From Takakia lepidozioides (Eukaryota > Plantae > Bryophyta): a DNA stretch of 64,000 bases. This document shows, in pieces, positions 37,425-49,600 of this stretch. Under the pieces are notes generated by a model. The model did not search any database. It worked only from the letters and a program-made list of their open reading frames with translations, and was not told the origin of the DNA. A program made the translations under genes and the position numbers. The stretch covers positions 32,240,001 through 32,304,000 of the forward strand of contig CM060732.1 in assembly GCA_030704615.1 (NCBI GenBank), read 5' to 3'. The first letter of the stretch is position 1. Each line of letters starts with the position of its first letter.

Positions 37425-39000
37425 GGATGAAGCCGAATCACACTGTAACTTGCAGAGGGAGATTTTTTACCTGAATTCCCACAATTAGTAAGTGTTTAAT
37501 GAGTATTTTTTATATTATTACTTCACGGACAGATGACTACAAGTTTTCTTGGATCTACGTTGCTTGAATGACCTTGTTCTGCATCAAGCATTCTGCAATC
37601 TGCACCTCAGGTATCAATGTTAGATTGTTATATGGAGGGTGCAGGCTTAGGAAGAGAAATGTAATTGAAAAGATTTGAATCTTCTTTAGATCCAAGGGGA
37701 CCATCAATCCCGCCCCAAAGTATCAAGAGTGGAATTGCCAAGCATTGGTAAAACAAGACCTTCCCCAACCCTCTACCGCTCAAGTTGCAAGGCGCCTAGA
37801 ATCCTCCCATAATCCCCGTGCCATTTTGTGTATTCTGAACGTCATCAAAGCAGAAGGACCTTGTAACAGGTGATATGATATTGAGCAATGTGCTCTATAT
37901 GACCGTCCGGACCTTGTGATCACCTACTATCTGAGTACCTGTGGACGACATATTGTAAGCATGTCTATGTCTGGCTATGCCTGTCATTGAGACTTTATGA
38001 CATTAAAACAAAATTGTGACCCTTATGATGAAATGATACTAATCCTTCAAGATAACGCTTGGAAGAGACGAGGCGCCTCTAAGACAGACAAAATTGTACC
38101 TGCTTAGTAACGAGCACCGCCTGTTTCGTTCTGGAGAGATGATCACCGCCAACCAAAGCCGATGCTCGAAACTTCCGAATGTACTAAAGATCACGAGCTA
38201 GAGTGCCCGCATCCATAGATGGGGAAATGGAGCGAAATGGAACTTGAAATGGAACTTTATAACGCCCGCAGAAAGCTCAAAGAGCTTATGGGACAAAGGA
38301 AACAAGAAACAAGAAAGAGAACAAAAGACAAAGAGTGAAGCTGGAAGCAGCCCAAAAGCAACTACTGCTCAAGGGATAGCCTAAGGGAGAGTGAGTGAGA
38401 GCAGCGTTCAGCTGATTCTGAAGTGTCTTGAGTTCGACTTTTGAAAGAGAGATGAGTACACTGTCACCGTCCGATTAGGATCGATCCAACCAACACATCA
38501 TCGTGAGGCTCAGTTGTGAGTGTACCTCTTGTGGAAATCTCAGATCTGGATGTAGTAGGTGGAGTGTTACCATGCCAACTTTACTTTTTGAATTCATGCA
38601 CTGAATTGACCCCAATTGAGGTAGCTACACTCATGTCAATCCCATGTCAATCTGTATAGGTAGGGCCTTTATACATGCACCCAAAAGTATATACGTTTGA
38701 TTCTGCTCTTGCATAGGGGTCATCTTGAAATTCATGGATTATATTGTCAAGTGCTCGTAAAAATCAAAAGGAATGACAAAAGGTCGTCTTGGAATGATCT
38801 AGGAAAGCTCACAAACAATATGTTGGTAGATCTACGAGTGGTAGAGAGTGGGCTTTGGGTGCCCAGGACCTACTCCTCTACCCCAACTCTACCCTATACC
38901 TAACCCACTGAGGGTAGTTTTTGTACCTCTACACCATCTTCATTACTTAACCGCTTGTAGACCTAACAACAAGTCAACAACACATCACATACTCCGCGCG

Positions 39001-39287
39001 CCGGTGTTTTTATTTCTGGCGAAATTTCGCACTTTTTCGACCTCAAAAATCAAAATCGAATATTTTGTCGTAAATTCCCTATTTTCTCATGGATGAAATC
39101 GCCAAAATTCTCCGAAAACAATATAAATCTTGGATGAATTTGCCTAATATGGATGATATACATGGATGAAAATATACATGAGGATGATTCTGTCGAAATT
39201 TCAGTGGATGAACAAAAAATATGGCTATTTCTTGCAAAACTCAGTAGCCACTCCTGTTGTTTTCCAAATTTGAAAAAAAAACACTGC
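39001..39287. mobile_element. ~290-bp hAT-like MITE
   Basis: Ends CGGTGTTTTT / AAAAACACTG (imperfect TIR). Flanks TCCGCGCG (38993-39000) and TCCGCATG (39288-39295) differ only by CpG-type transitions. Internal TGGATGA repeats. Confidence 0.55.
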
Positions 39288-39412
39288 TCCGCATGCTCCT
39301 ATATTCGATCTTGAAGGATCTTTTTTCACTTTACACCAAGATTGACATCTTCGTCATTGAAAAATAAAATAAAAAATGACGCGTTGGCGAAGCAAGCGTA
39401 ACTTATGGTGTC

Positions 39413-39545
39413 GCTTGACCCCATAGGGCCATTGCCTTCCGGTGGGAAGGTGGACACCGTAATGACTTCCAACAAGGTGGATTGAACCCACAACCACTCG
39501 TGAGAGGGTATGCGCCCTTACCACTGGGCTACATGCTGGTTGTCT
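39413..39545 (-). mobile_element. Third copy of the tRNA-like repeat family B
   Basis: GTGGATTGAACCCACAACCAC...CCCTTACCACTGGGCTACATGCTGGT matches 27236-27300. Confidence 0.65.
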
Positions 39546-42155
39546 CGTCATTGAACTGTAGAGCACACGGACTGGCCACTTTAGAAGCTGAAATAGGCCT
39601 GACTTGAGAGTAAATTTCACTTCAGGAGTTGTTCCACAAAGATATTTGAAGAACTATTTGATGGCTTCTCAGGTGGCAGCACTGGGCTCAGTTTTGTTAG
39701 TCCAAAGGGAAGTAGGGCAACAAACATGCAGGAAACACAGCTATTGCAAGTTGGATTCAGACCGAGTCTATGGTACTGGTAATTATGTGCAATCCTGGTT
39801 AACCATCCGACATTGGAGTCTCATTGAACACTTGGCAACTAATATCCATTAGGTGACCAACCAACCCAATGATCCCCAAATGGTTGTAATGGATAACATT
39901 CAACATAATATACCTGTGTATGACGTGCTTCGAATCCAATAAGACGTCCTTGTGCACTAGTTGTTGAGATCTTAAACACCTTCCAGATTTAGATTTGAGG
40001 CTAAAATCTAGAACTTACAAGCTGTCAATAAGAATGTATGTTACATTTAATACCATGACAAGTTGTTGCTTATCAATCAACATAAGTTCTTTGGAATGCA
40101 TTAACGAAAAGTTGATGTACCTATGAAAAGTAAAAACCAATATATTTTTTGTATGAATTATAAGACATGTCTTCTAAATATTGTATTACACACACAAAGA
40201 TATAACTTATTGACACTATGTCAATTGAACTTGGTTATAATATGTGTAAACGAGCCCTAAGGTTTTGTTTTTTCTTACGATAATATTATATAACATCCAT
40301 AAAATCTAACACTCATGTAAGCTTAGTTGTATAAAAATTGTTAGCAGTCAAAAGACATACAGAATATAAACAACAGTATAAAAGGTACTAAAGATGCAAA
40401 ATACACTATCAAAATCTAATAGGGAATACTCATGAACCACCACATACTTACTGGCAGCTGTTCTCTCCCATTCAATTTTTGTCAGCTATAATATTTATCA
40501 TGGTGACCTCACATAACTACAATATTATCAAATCTCAGACTAACCCTATACTTTCACCAAGACACCATGTCACTCAAGCACGATTACCGATATCAGAACG
40601 TGGTGCCATCTCTACTCAAAGTAGTGTTCACATTGTGAATAGAGGAGCGCCCTTGGCACTGCTGTTGATTTTCTTGTTGAGTGTAATCAAACGAGCAGTT
40701 CCTTTGACTCCTGGAATGAGATCTATTTGAATTGCGTTTTGTCATCGTTGAGAACTGGGCTGAACTGGTAGAAGTGCTACAGTTGAAATTGATAGAGAAC
40801 AGTTATATTATGTGAGTATTGGGTGGTAAAGAGGGTTTCAAGACCTACAAGCAAAATGGAGGGGTAGACTACCAACATCCAGTTGCGCTCTTAATGCATT
40901 TAGTAGTCCTGGAAAAGTGCCTGCTATCAGCCAAGGAGGAGGTGTGCCAGCAGCAGGATGAATTAAATCATTGAGATGAGCGAATTAATCATGGAGGCAA
41001 AGTGACACCATATTAAGTTACGCTTTGCCCAATCAACATATTATCTAAGCTCCTTGCGTACATGAAATGTTTTACAAGTTTGAGAGTATTGTTATGGTTT
41101 TGTGTATGATGCGCGTGGTGGCTTATGTGAGCAGCGTTCATTGGCATGTGGCTATTCACAAGACATTGAAATTGAAAAAGCACAACATGTCTAATGAGTT
41201 TGAGGGGCAATATCACATCTACAGATCAAAACAATTCTTTTGTTTGAGATGCTTGAAAATGTCTGCACAAGGGCCAAAGTCATAAATGATTTTCAATTCA
41301 AATTTTTGGCATAAAATTATAGATGAACATTTCTACCCAGACTAAACTACCAAAATACAATATATCTCTCAGTCATGTAAACTAACTTAGAACATAACAT
41401 CAAACTGACTTTTACGAATGCCACTTTCTTATGAAAATGACTTGTTTGACTTACATGTTTTTCATGTATCACATGTGATGCAAACTGCGATTCTTGCACA
41501 TTTTGATTGATCTATTTCCATGTATTGGTGTTAGTAATTCGACACAAAATTAGTTGTACATAACTTACAAAATAAAGCATACCTTAAAAAGTAGATATAA
41601 TTACCCTAAAGACATAAAAAAAAACTACATGTAATTCAGTATATTAATATTTAAATGTTTTTAAAATGTTTTATGTATTAGTACTACAACAAAAATAAAA
41701 ATAAAAATTAGTACTACCATTTTTTGTGACTGCCCCCACTAGGACGCATAGGGAAACTTGATTCAGTGCAGTTAAAAATCTCCAGAAACAAGCTTCCGAC
41801 GGATACTTGACCATTCACACAACAATATATCCTTAATTGCAGTTTATATACCTAATATATCTGAGCAAAATATACATAACGCAGTAACAGAGCCTCCATG
41901 TGCCACAATTTGGCAGTGAAACGTGACATCAAAGATCAATTACATCCAATGGGAGGCCGGCCAGGCCATGCAAAATTGGATGATTGTGGGTGTACATTAG
42001 ATCATGGGACTGCCAAGATCTGGGGCAGCACACCAATATTCATCCTTCCCCGCCCACGGGTCACATTTCTGCAATCCCTTAACTTACCCAATTCTTCCAT
42101 CCTAAATCAATCCATAATTAAAATGCCCCATTTTCTTTTTCTATAATCAGGTACT

Positions 42156-42245
42156 CGCATAGCTCAGACGGTTTGTTCACCAGTTGCCACGCAGGTGATT
42201 CAGGGCTCGAATCTTGCTACATACCTTATCGGGTGTAGTTATTTG
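42156..42245 (+). mobile_element. tRNA-derived SINE-like head (family A)
   Basis: TAGCTCAGACGG (A box), TTGCCAC (Gly-GCC anticodon-like), GGCTCGAATCT (B box), CCTTATCGGGTGTAGTTAT. Homologous to 9545-9635. Confidence 0.6.
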
Positions 42246-42287
42246 TGGTTGGCCTTCCGGTCTGGAGTTCAGGCTCCTGCTGCATAC

Positions 42288-43094
42288 CAGTGTAGGGCGG
42301 TTACCCGCTGGGACCCAGGTTAATCGCCGGTTCAGGTTAACCGGAACCGGGCCTATTCCTACAGAACTTGACCCGGAACCGGAGCCTGCCAATGGGGATC
42401 GGCGCAGAACCGAACCGGCGGTTCCTGCTGGGTGTGAGAACCTGGGCACAGGGGGGGTAAAAACAGGTTCCGGTTCTTGACCCCTTGGTGGGGCTGGTGG
42501 GCCCAGGGAAAAACTTATTTAATGCTCTCAAGCTCCTGAGATCCTGGGTTCAATGCTTGAAGGCCATGGGATTCTATGTTCAATGCTTCAGCGCCATGAG
42601 ATCTTGGGTTCAATCTCCAGCTCCATGATATCCTGGCTAAGTTCATTAATAAAATGTTTGAAGATGCCAATACTTGCCAGGTAGCTGAATAGTACTTTCA
42701 ACCCATAAAATTTTACCCATTTTCGTCTACCAGTTTATTTAGAGTATTTTTGTTTGTTTTTTTGTGTTAGTGAAAACTAACAAAATCGTTGGATTTTAGT
42801 TCAAATATGTGAATACACTGCTATTTAATCTACCGGGCTGATAAAATATTTTAAATCTAATTAAATTAAACAAATATATTTTTAAAATAGAACCGGAACC
42901 TAACCGGGAACTGATGGTTTTTATCAGCAACTAACCGGTAACGGAACCGCCCCCATGTTTAAAAGTTGGATCCGGAACTGGACCCGAACCGGCTCAATAA
43001 AAAAAAACCGGAACCGGATCCGGAACCGTCTCTTGAAATAATTGTGGAACGGAACCGAAGGTTCCTTCGCAAATGCAAGAACCACCCAACACTG
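42288..43094. mobile_element. Non-autonomous hAT-superfamily DNA transposon, 807 bp
   Basis: TIRs CAGTGTAGGGCGGTT and (reverse complement) CAGTGTTGGGTGGTT. Perfect 8-bp TSD CTGCATAC at 42280-42287 and 43095-43102. Subterminal AACCGG(A) repeats at both ends; internal ~30-bp triple repeat at 42537-42636. Confidence 0.92.
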
Positions 43095-45833
43095 CTGCAT
43101 ACCATAATGAGAGCGGGTTGATTATTCTTTGAATTATGAGCTGCTTTCATTGTCTTAAGAAAATAAAAAATAGAAAATAATCTGTTAGTGACGGTCACTA
43201 GCCCACTAGTCTATGTGTATATGGGCGAGTTTTAAGTAATGGAGAGTGAAAGTGAGCTGGAGAGGCGAAATAATAAAAACAATAGTTAAAGGTCTGACAG
43301 AAAGTACAGAGTCGCATTAGTTAGTGTACAGTGTGGGAATTGAACCCCCAACGCCTGTACCGTTTCACCTAATTTAGGTTGCAGCTTTTTCGGACAACAT
43401 TTCTGTCAATACCCGCCTTTTCGCGCCTGGCCAGGTGACGAATGATGATGATGCCTTTCTCATCCACTCTGTGGCCGGTTGATGAGTTTCTGCCACCCCT
43501 TTTTCCCCCCGACTTGGTGAAATTGAGAAAATAATTAAACAAATCTTAAAATAAAGGAAAAAGGAGGAGAAAAGCGCCATGAATGGATGAATGAATAATT
43601 GGCTGGATTGTTGGATGGATGCCGCAGAAATGGAGTGAATAAAATAAGAGTAAATGGTACCGGGCCGGGATGGTACTAAACCTGCCGCACATTAACACCC
43701 GTGATTACAGACCCGCGATTGGGCAATTGAGTGCCCCGTCTTTAAGGTGGCCACGCTTGCTGTGTGTGCATCGCACGATCTGAGTGTCGGACGTCATTGG
43801 CCGCAAGATGGGAAAGATGGGAGGTGGGTGCAAAGGAGGGGCCCCTCGTGAACGTCGATGACTCGATAGGCCCGTGCCCGTGGAGCATTAGGACAAGTAA
43901 CCATGATTGCCGCTGGTTGACCAGGGTTTGTTTTGGCATGCGCTTTTCGCAGTCACTAACCACCCTGACGTTGACACTTTTGATGCCCCATTTTCGGAAA
44001 TAAAATAGAATATAAGACAGGGACTGAGAATAAATGAAGTACATGCCAGTTTTGGCGTTTTAGAGGTCTTGTGATGGAATAATTTGGAATAATTAAATTA
44101 CTGTTGGAAGAGATAAAGTTAAATGGACCCCGTTCTATTAAAAAAAGGAAAAGAAAAGAAAAGAAGAAGACAAAGAAGGACAAAAAAGAACAACCCTGTA
44201 TAGCTTTATAAAAGAAAAAAAAAAAGACCCAAGTGGGGTGAACACTTCTTACCCCAGGGGGATAAAGATAAAGATAAAGTTTCTTTAACGTCCAGTGAAT
44301 TTACTGAGCCTACTGCTCAACACACAGGGGGAGAAAGAAAGAGAGAGTTCTGTAAGAAAAAAAAAAAAAAAAGGAGGCGTGGAAAAAATAACATCAAATA
44401 GAGGAAGAGAATTATGAGGCTTTATAACAGGGGCAAAAAAAAAAAAAAAAAAAAAAAAAACCAAAAACAGGGGCTACCGGAGTCTGAAAGAACCCTTGTT
44501 TTGAAAGTTAACATGGCAAAAAAGTAAAAGGAAAAAGAGAAAAAACATGGCTAAGATCAACTGAAGATGAAATAATGTTTCGACCGTAATGTGCCTTTCC
44601 TCCGGAAAAACTAGTTATTGATAGGTCGTGGGGCTACGTTCACGAGTTGAACACGGAATGTACATGTATCCCCGTGTTCATTAGTGGGGATGTTTTGGCG
44701 GCCCAGCTCCTGGAAGCGAGGGGGTAGGCACCACATGCAATGAACACTCACCATCATCACCCCTGTACTACCCCACACTGCTATAGCGGCTATGATTGTC
44801 TTATTCCACTCCACATTTGCAACCATATAACTTACTTCTGGGTTGAGTGTTTAGTTCTACTAGTTGCAGATATGTAACTAGGTGGTGGGTTGAGTCATTC
44901 CTTCGTGATTATGGAAGGTGAGTTTTGTAGATGGCATGATAACCTTCAAAATCCAGCTTTCAGATTTGACCTTCAAAGGGTGCCTTGCTGTTTACGCATC
45001 TTTCGGCGCAAATGTATAGGAAGGGAATGGCTCGGTGAGGGGTAGTAATTATTCACACGCACAAAATGATTGCAATGGCTCTTTTTCCTCAACGTAAGAA
45101 CGGAAATGGTAGCTCACACGGCACCGCAGTCGTACATACTCCCACTACTAGCATCACATTTGCTTTTTTCCGAAGAAAGGCGACGGACGCAGCCCTGCTC
45201 ATCACATACTACCAAAACAAAAAGACCGTGCCAGAATTGTGCAACTGCTGCCTCATCGACTAGGAGTCGGAAAAACCTACATATATATATATATATACTT
45301 ATGTTTTTTTTTTCTTTTCAGAACAGGGGGACATATATACTTATGTTAAAAAATTAGAACATCTAACAGACTTTAAAATAATAAAATAATAAAATAATAA
45401 TAACCACCAAAATTACTAGTACACATTTGGCATTTTTTTGGGGCCATGGAGGCACGGGATTTTTAAGTTTGAAGCCAAATGAAAGGCCAACATAGTACCA
45501 GACATATTAAAAAATAAATAAAATTTGACTTGGGATTCTCACCTAGGACTTACAGGGGGGACGAGTAAGTACCGTAGCACGGAAGATTATGACGTGGTAA
45601 GTTATGAGGGTAAATGTGTGCACAGTGAGGCGGCCTTGTATTTTGACTGCGGTGAAAATCAGTGCAGGGTGTCGTCGTCGGCGTTGGGCGCTCTTTACTT
45701 GCATCGATACGAGTGCAGCAGCGCAGCGATGGTGGCAGAGCTCTGACACGCAACGGATGGCCGCGCTGCCCTTCTCGTACTGCCCTGCGCCTTCTGGGCC
45801 CTGGGAACCGGCTTCCACTCGCACTCTACCTGC

Positions 45834-45865
45834 AGAGAGAGAGAGAGAGAGATTGAGAGAGAGAG
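45834..45865. repeat. (GA)n microsatellite in the putative 5' leader of the histidine kinase gene
   Basis: GA dinucleotide run, read directly. Confidence 0.85.
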
Positions 45866-46639
45866 ATATTATTTTACGTTGTTATAGTGTTCTGCTGCAG
45901 CATGCTGCAAGCACTTCATTTTTGAAGTTTTGTGTTTGAGAGGGAGAGGTCGGAGAGAAGTGTTGAGAGTGCCGTCGTTGTTGGGAGTTTCGTCAGGAAG
46001 CGGAGGTTTCTATTTGAAGAGCATTGTCTTGTTAGATTGGCTTGTTAGAGGTGGGAAGGGTCGGGGCCCTTTGCAGTGGTTGAGCTGTGTCCGAAGGGGA
46101 AAGAGAAATTGGAGGGACGGTCTTTGAGAGGGTAGAGACGGGATCGCAGAAGCTTGCGACAGGAGGAGGAAGTAGGGAGAGGCAGTGGGGAAAGAAAGGA
46201 GATGCATAGATTAGTGTCAGAAGTTAGATTGCGAATGATCGGGAGTAAGACTGAAGTGCAATGCAGTGAGTAGAACTTTCCGGCTAGGTGGGTAGCATTG
46301 AGGTGAAGGGAGGGAGAGGGAGAGAATGATGCGAAAGAGCTCGCATTGTGTTCTAGTCAAATTCAGGCGCCTACATTGTCGTCTGGGGACTCCACCGATA
46401 CCTCTTCACTCACAACTGCCAGCGGTAGCTGCATTGCTGTTGGCCTCCGTGTTTGTATCGTTGGGTTGGGGTGTATAAGTTGCCGTGGTCGCACAGCTTC
46501 TGCCACAACGGAAAGCTGTCTGTTGTGGAAGTGACGATTGATTACGAAGAATTGGAGTTTGGCTAAGTCTGTAAGGTGTTTCAGCTTGTACGATGATGAT
46601 GGAAGCTCGTCTGCCTGAAATTAAAGACCATGGTTCCTC

Positions 46640-49600
46640 ATGAGACGAAGGGTAAGAGAAGACTCCAGTGGAATCAAGCAGATGTCGTACATGAGTGTAG
46701 GCAAGAAAGGTCGGGGTGGGTCGGACTCCAGCCCCTGCGTTTCAAATGGGTTCTCTTCTCAATCGAGGGTGCCACCGCGGGCTGGAGGAGGAGTGTATAT
46801 GGATAAAACGATGCATCGGACCACAGGTGCGGGAAGGCTTGGGGTGAAATGGTGGGGAGATTCAGGAAGCTCTTATGGTAGACCTCCTGCAGCCATGGGA
46901 CCCGTAATCAAACTGTTGGGTCCCAATTGGCCCAATAAGGTTTTGATGGGATGGTTTGTCATTATGGCGTTTGTGTCTTTCACGGTCTATCTGTCTATGA
47001 ACAGGGACATTGCTCACCGTCGGAGGGAGACTCTGGCAAACCTGTGTGAGGGGCGCGCTCGCATGCTCGAGGTACTATTCCATAGGGCTCAGGATTTTGG
47101 CAACTATAGAGTTGTCGAGTAGTACTCAAGCTGATGTGTTCAGATTCCACAGCCCTGCTGTCGAAAGTGTGTCGATGTAATCAGGTTTCTGAGAATCGTT
47201 GAAGGCCAGCAGCTCGTCATTGTGAGACTGGTGTGAGCCCCCACTCGTTTTCTAGTTTCTATGTATGCTGAAGAACGAGCAATCTCAGCAGCAACTCGAC
47301 AACTAGGAAGGACCATTTACCACTTTCTTGGACTTCCCTTTCTGAGTATATTAGACCTAACCACAGTGCAGGACCAATGTTTGGTTGTGATGGGCGCAGA
47401 ATCAATTTGTAGCAAGCATGAATCACGTGCGTGCGCTGACTGCACTCCTCACAACATTTCATGTTGACCACCAACCCTCTCCTGTACACCAGGTTCATCA
47501 CACACAACCTTCAATCTATGCTATGACTACTGGGTTACTACATTAGTCTACAGGAGTGAGTTGTAGGTTCACTTCTGGATTTTTTCAAAGGACCCTACTG
47601 CTGTCTCTTCAAACCTTCAATGAGGGATTCTCTTTTGCTGTACCAAAAATATATTTATGTCTGTTCCATAGGGGGTAAGTCAATTTAGAGTGCAGGGGGA
47701 GTAACAGTGGAAGACCCAAGTGCTGGTGTAAATTGGCATTACTTACTTTTATGGCTATTTCTTCATTGAATTATATCACACAATAGTGAGTCTGTATAGA
47801 GCTTCCAAGTCACATTCAGCCATGTATTGGTTGGCCTACATAACACTTTTGTTTCTCAGGAGTCATTTGCTACATATACAGAGAGAACTGCGTTTGAGAG
47901 ACCCCTGATGAGCGGAGTGGCTTACGCTGAAAGAGTACTTCATGAAGAGCGCGAGACGTTTGAGACAACCCATGGCTGGACCATAAAGGAAATGCACTCT
48001 AGGGGAAGGCGGCAAGACTTTGATGAATATGCACCCACCGTAATGTCACAAAAGACAGTCTCCTATTTATCCTCTCTGGACATGATGTCTGGCCAGGTCA
48101 GTTCGTATGTCCACCTGTAGGTCTGTGTGGGGTACTCTGGCATTGTCCCTTTCATGCTCAGTGGGAGTAGTGTGTCAATCTGCATAGTTTGTGAAGTTGG
48201 AAATAACTGTCGTCCTGTGGCTGACTGTCTGTTTACTGGTTTTGTTCTCTTTGGTTCTCTATGTTGTACCTGTGGATCCCGCCTGGAATGGTCCTGACTA
48301 TTAATTGGGTATCTGCGGGCGATCTATACTTTTCAGGAGGACCGGGAAAACATCTTGCGAGCTAGAGCATCAGGAAAAGGAGCACTGACTAATCCTTTCA
48401 GGCTGCTGGAGTCAATGCACCTTGGTGTTGTTTTCACTTTTGCTGTCTACTATCCTGACCTTCCTGAGGACGCCGCACCTGAAGATCGGATCAAAGCAAC
48501 TGCCGGGTCTCTCTCATCTCTCTCTCTGCTCTACTGTCTGTTTCCTATCATTGTGCGTTATTCTACTTGTGTGCTTGGGCCATAGGTCCTCTTTTGGAAG
48601 TAAATGTCCTCTTCTCTTCTTTTCTCTCGTCAATTGTTGGTGTGTTTCGAATGTCCTTGCTATAGAAAAGCAGCAGTAATAGTATGCCCTGAATAAAGGG
48701 ATTAAAGGACTTAATCAAAGTTGACATTGTGGTGGGTCATTGGAGCAGGTATTTAGGAGGAGCCTTTGATGTTGAGACACTAGTGGAAAACTTGCTGCGT
48801 CAGATGGCAGGGAGCCAGATTATTGCGGTAAACGTTTATGACATTACAAATGAGTCGATGCCCCTTGTCATGTATGGCCACACAAATGTTACCAAATCAA
48901 AGAATACTCATGTAAGCACATTGGGTTTTGGGGACCCTCTGCGCAAGCATGAGATGCGCTGCAGGTGCTGTTCTCACCTGGCCTCTCCCTCTCTCTGTCT
49001 CTCCACCTTTGAACGTCCTGAGGATGAAAAATACTTTCAATCTATTCTTTTCTCTTTTGTTTTCTGAGGGGAGGGTGACTGAATGTAAATTATAATCAAT
49101 TTTTGCAAATTCCTTGTCACCCATCCCCCTGGTCCATGGTTGGCTCAATGCCCTGTAGGCCTTGCTAGATAAAGGAAACTCTCATTGATAAGTAATCTAA
49201 TGGGGGAAGACATACTGATCTTGCAGGTTCAATGAGGAGGCCCTTCCACCACCTTGGACAGCCATAACAACAGCGGTTGGCATTTTTGTGATTGCATTTC
49301 TGGTTGGTCATATGTTGGCTGCTTCTTACAGCCGGATTGGCAAGGTGGAGGAGAACTGTCGAATATTTAAAGAGCTGAAACTACGTGCAGATGATGCTGT
49401 CATCGCCAAATCTCAGGTACATCTTTGATTTTGTAAGAAACAAACAACAACCAAGTAGGATTGATGTGGATTTTGGCTTCAATGTATATGCTTGAGAGCA
49501 TGGTTTCTATGGAATACTGTTTTGTGGGATAGCCTCTGGAATCTGGCACAGCCATTAGCAGTCTGTTTAGATAGAGTTAAGTACTACTTGACATTGATCA

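Noticed and set aside
9545-42245. Functional tRNA genes at the A/B-box sites
   Set aside because: Acceptor and other stems do not pair into a cloverleaf; the sites are better explained as SINE-like derivatives.
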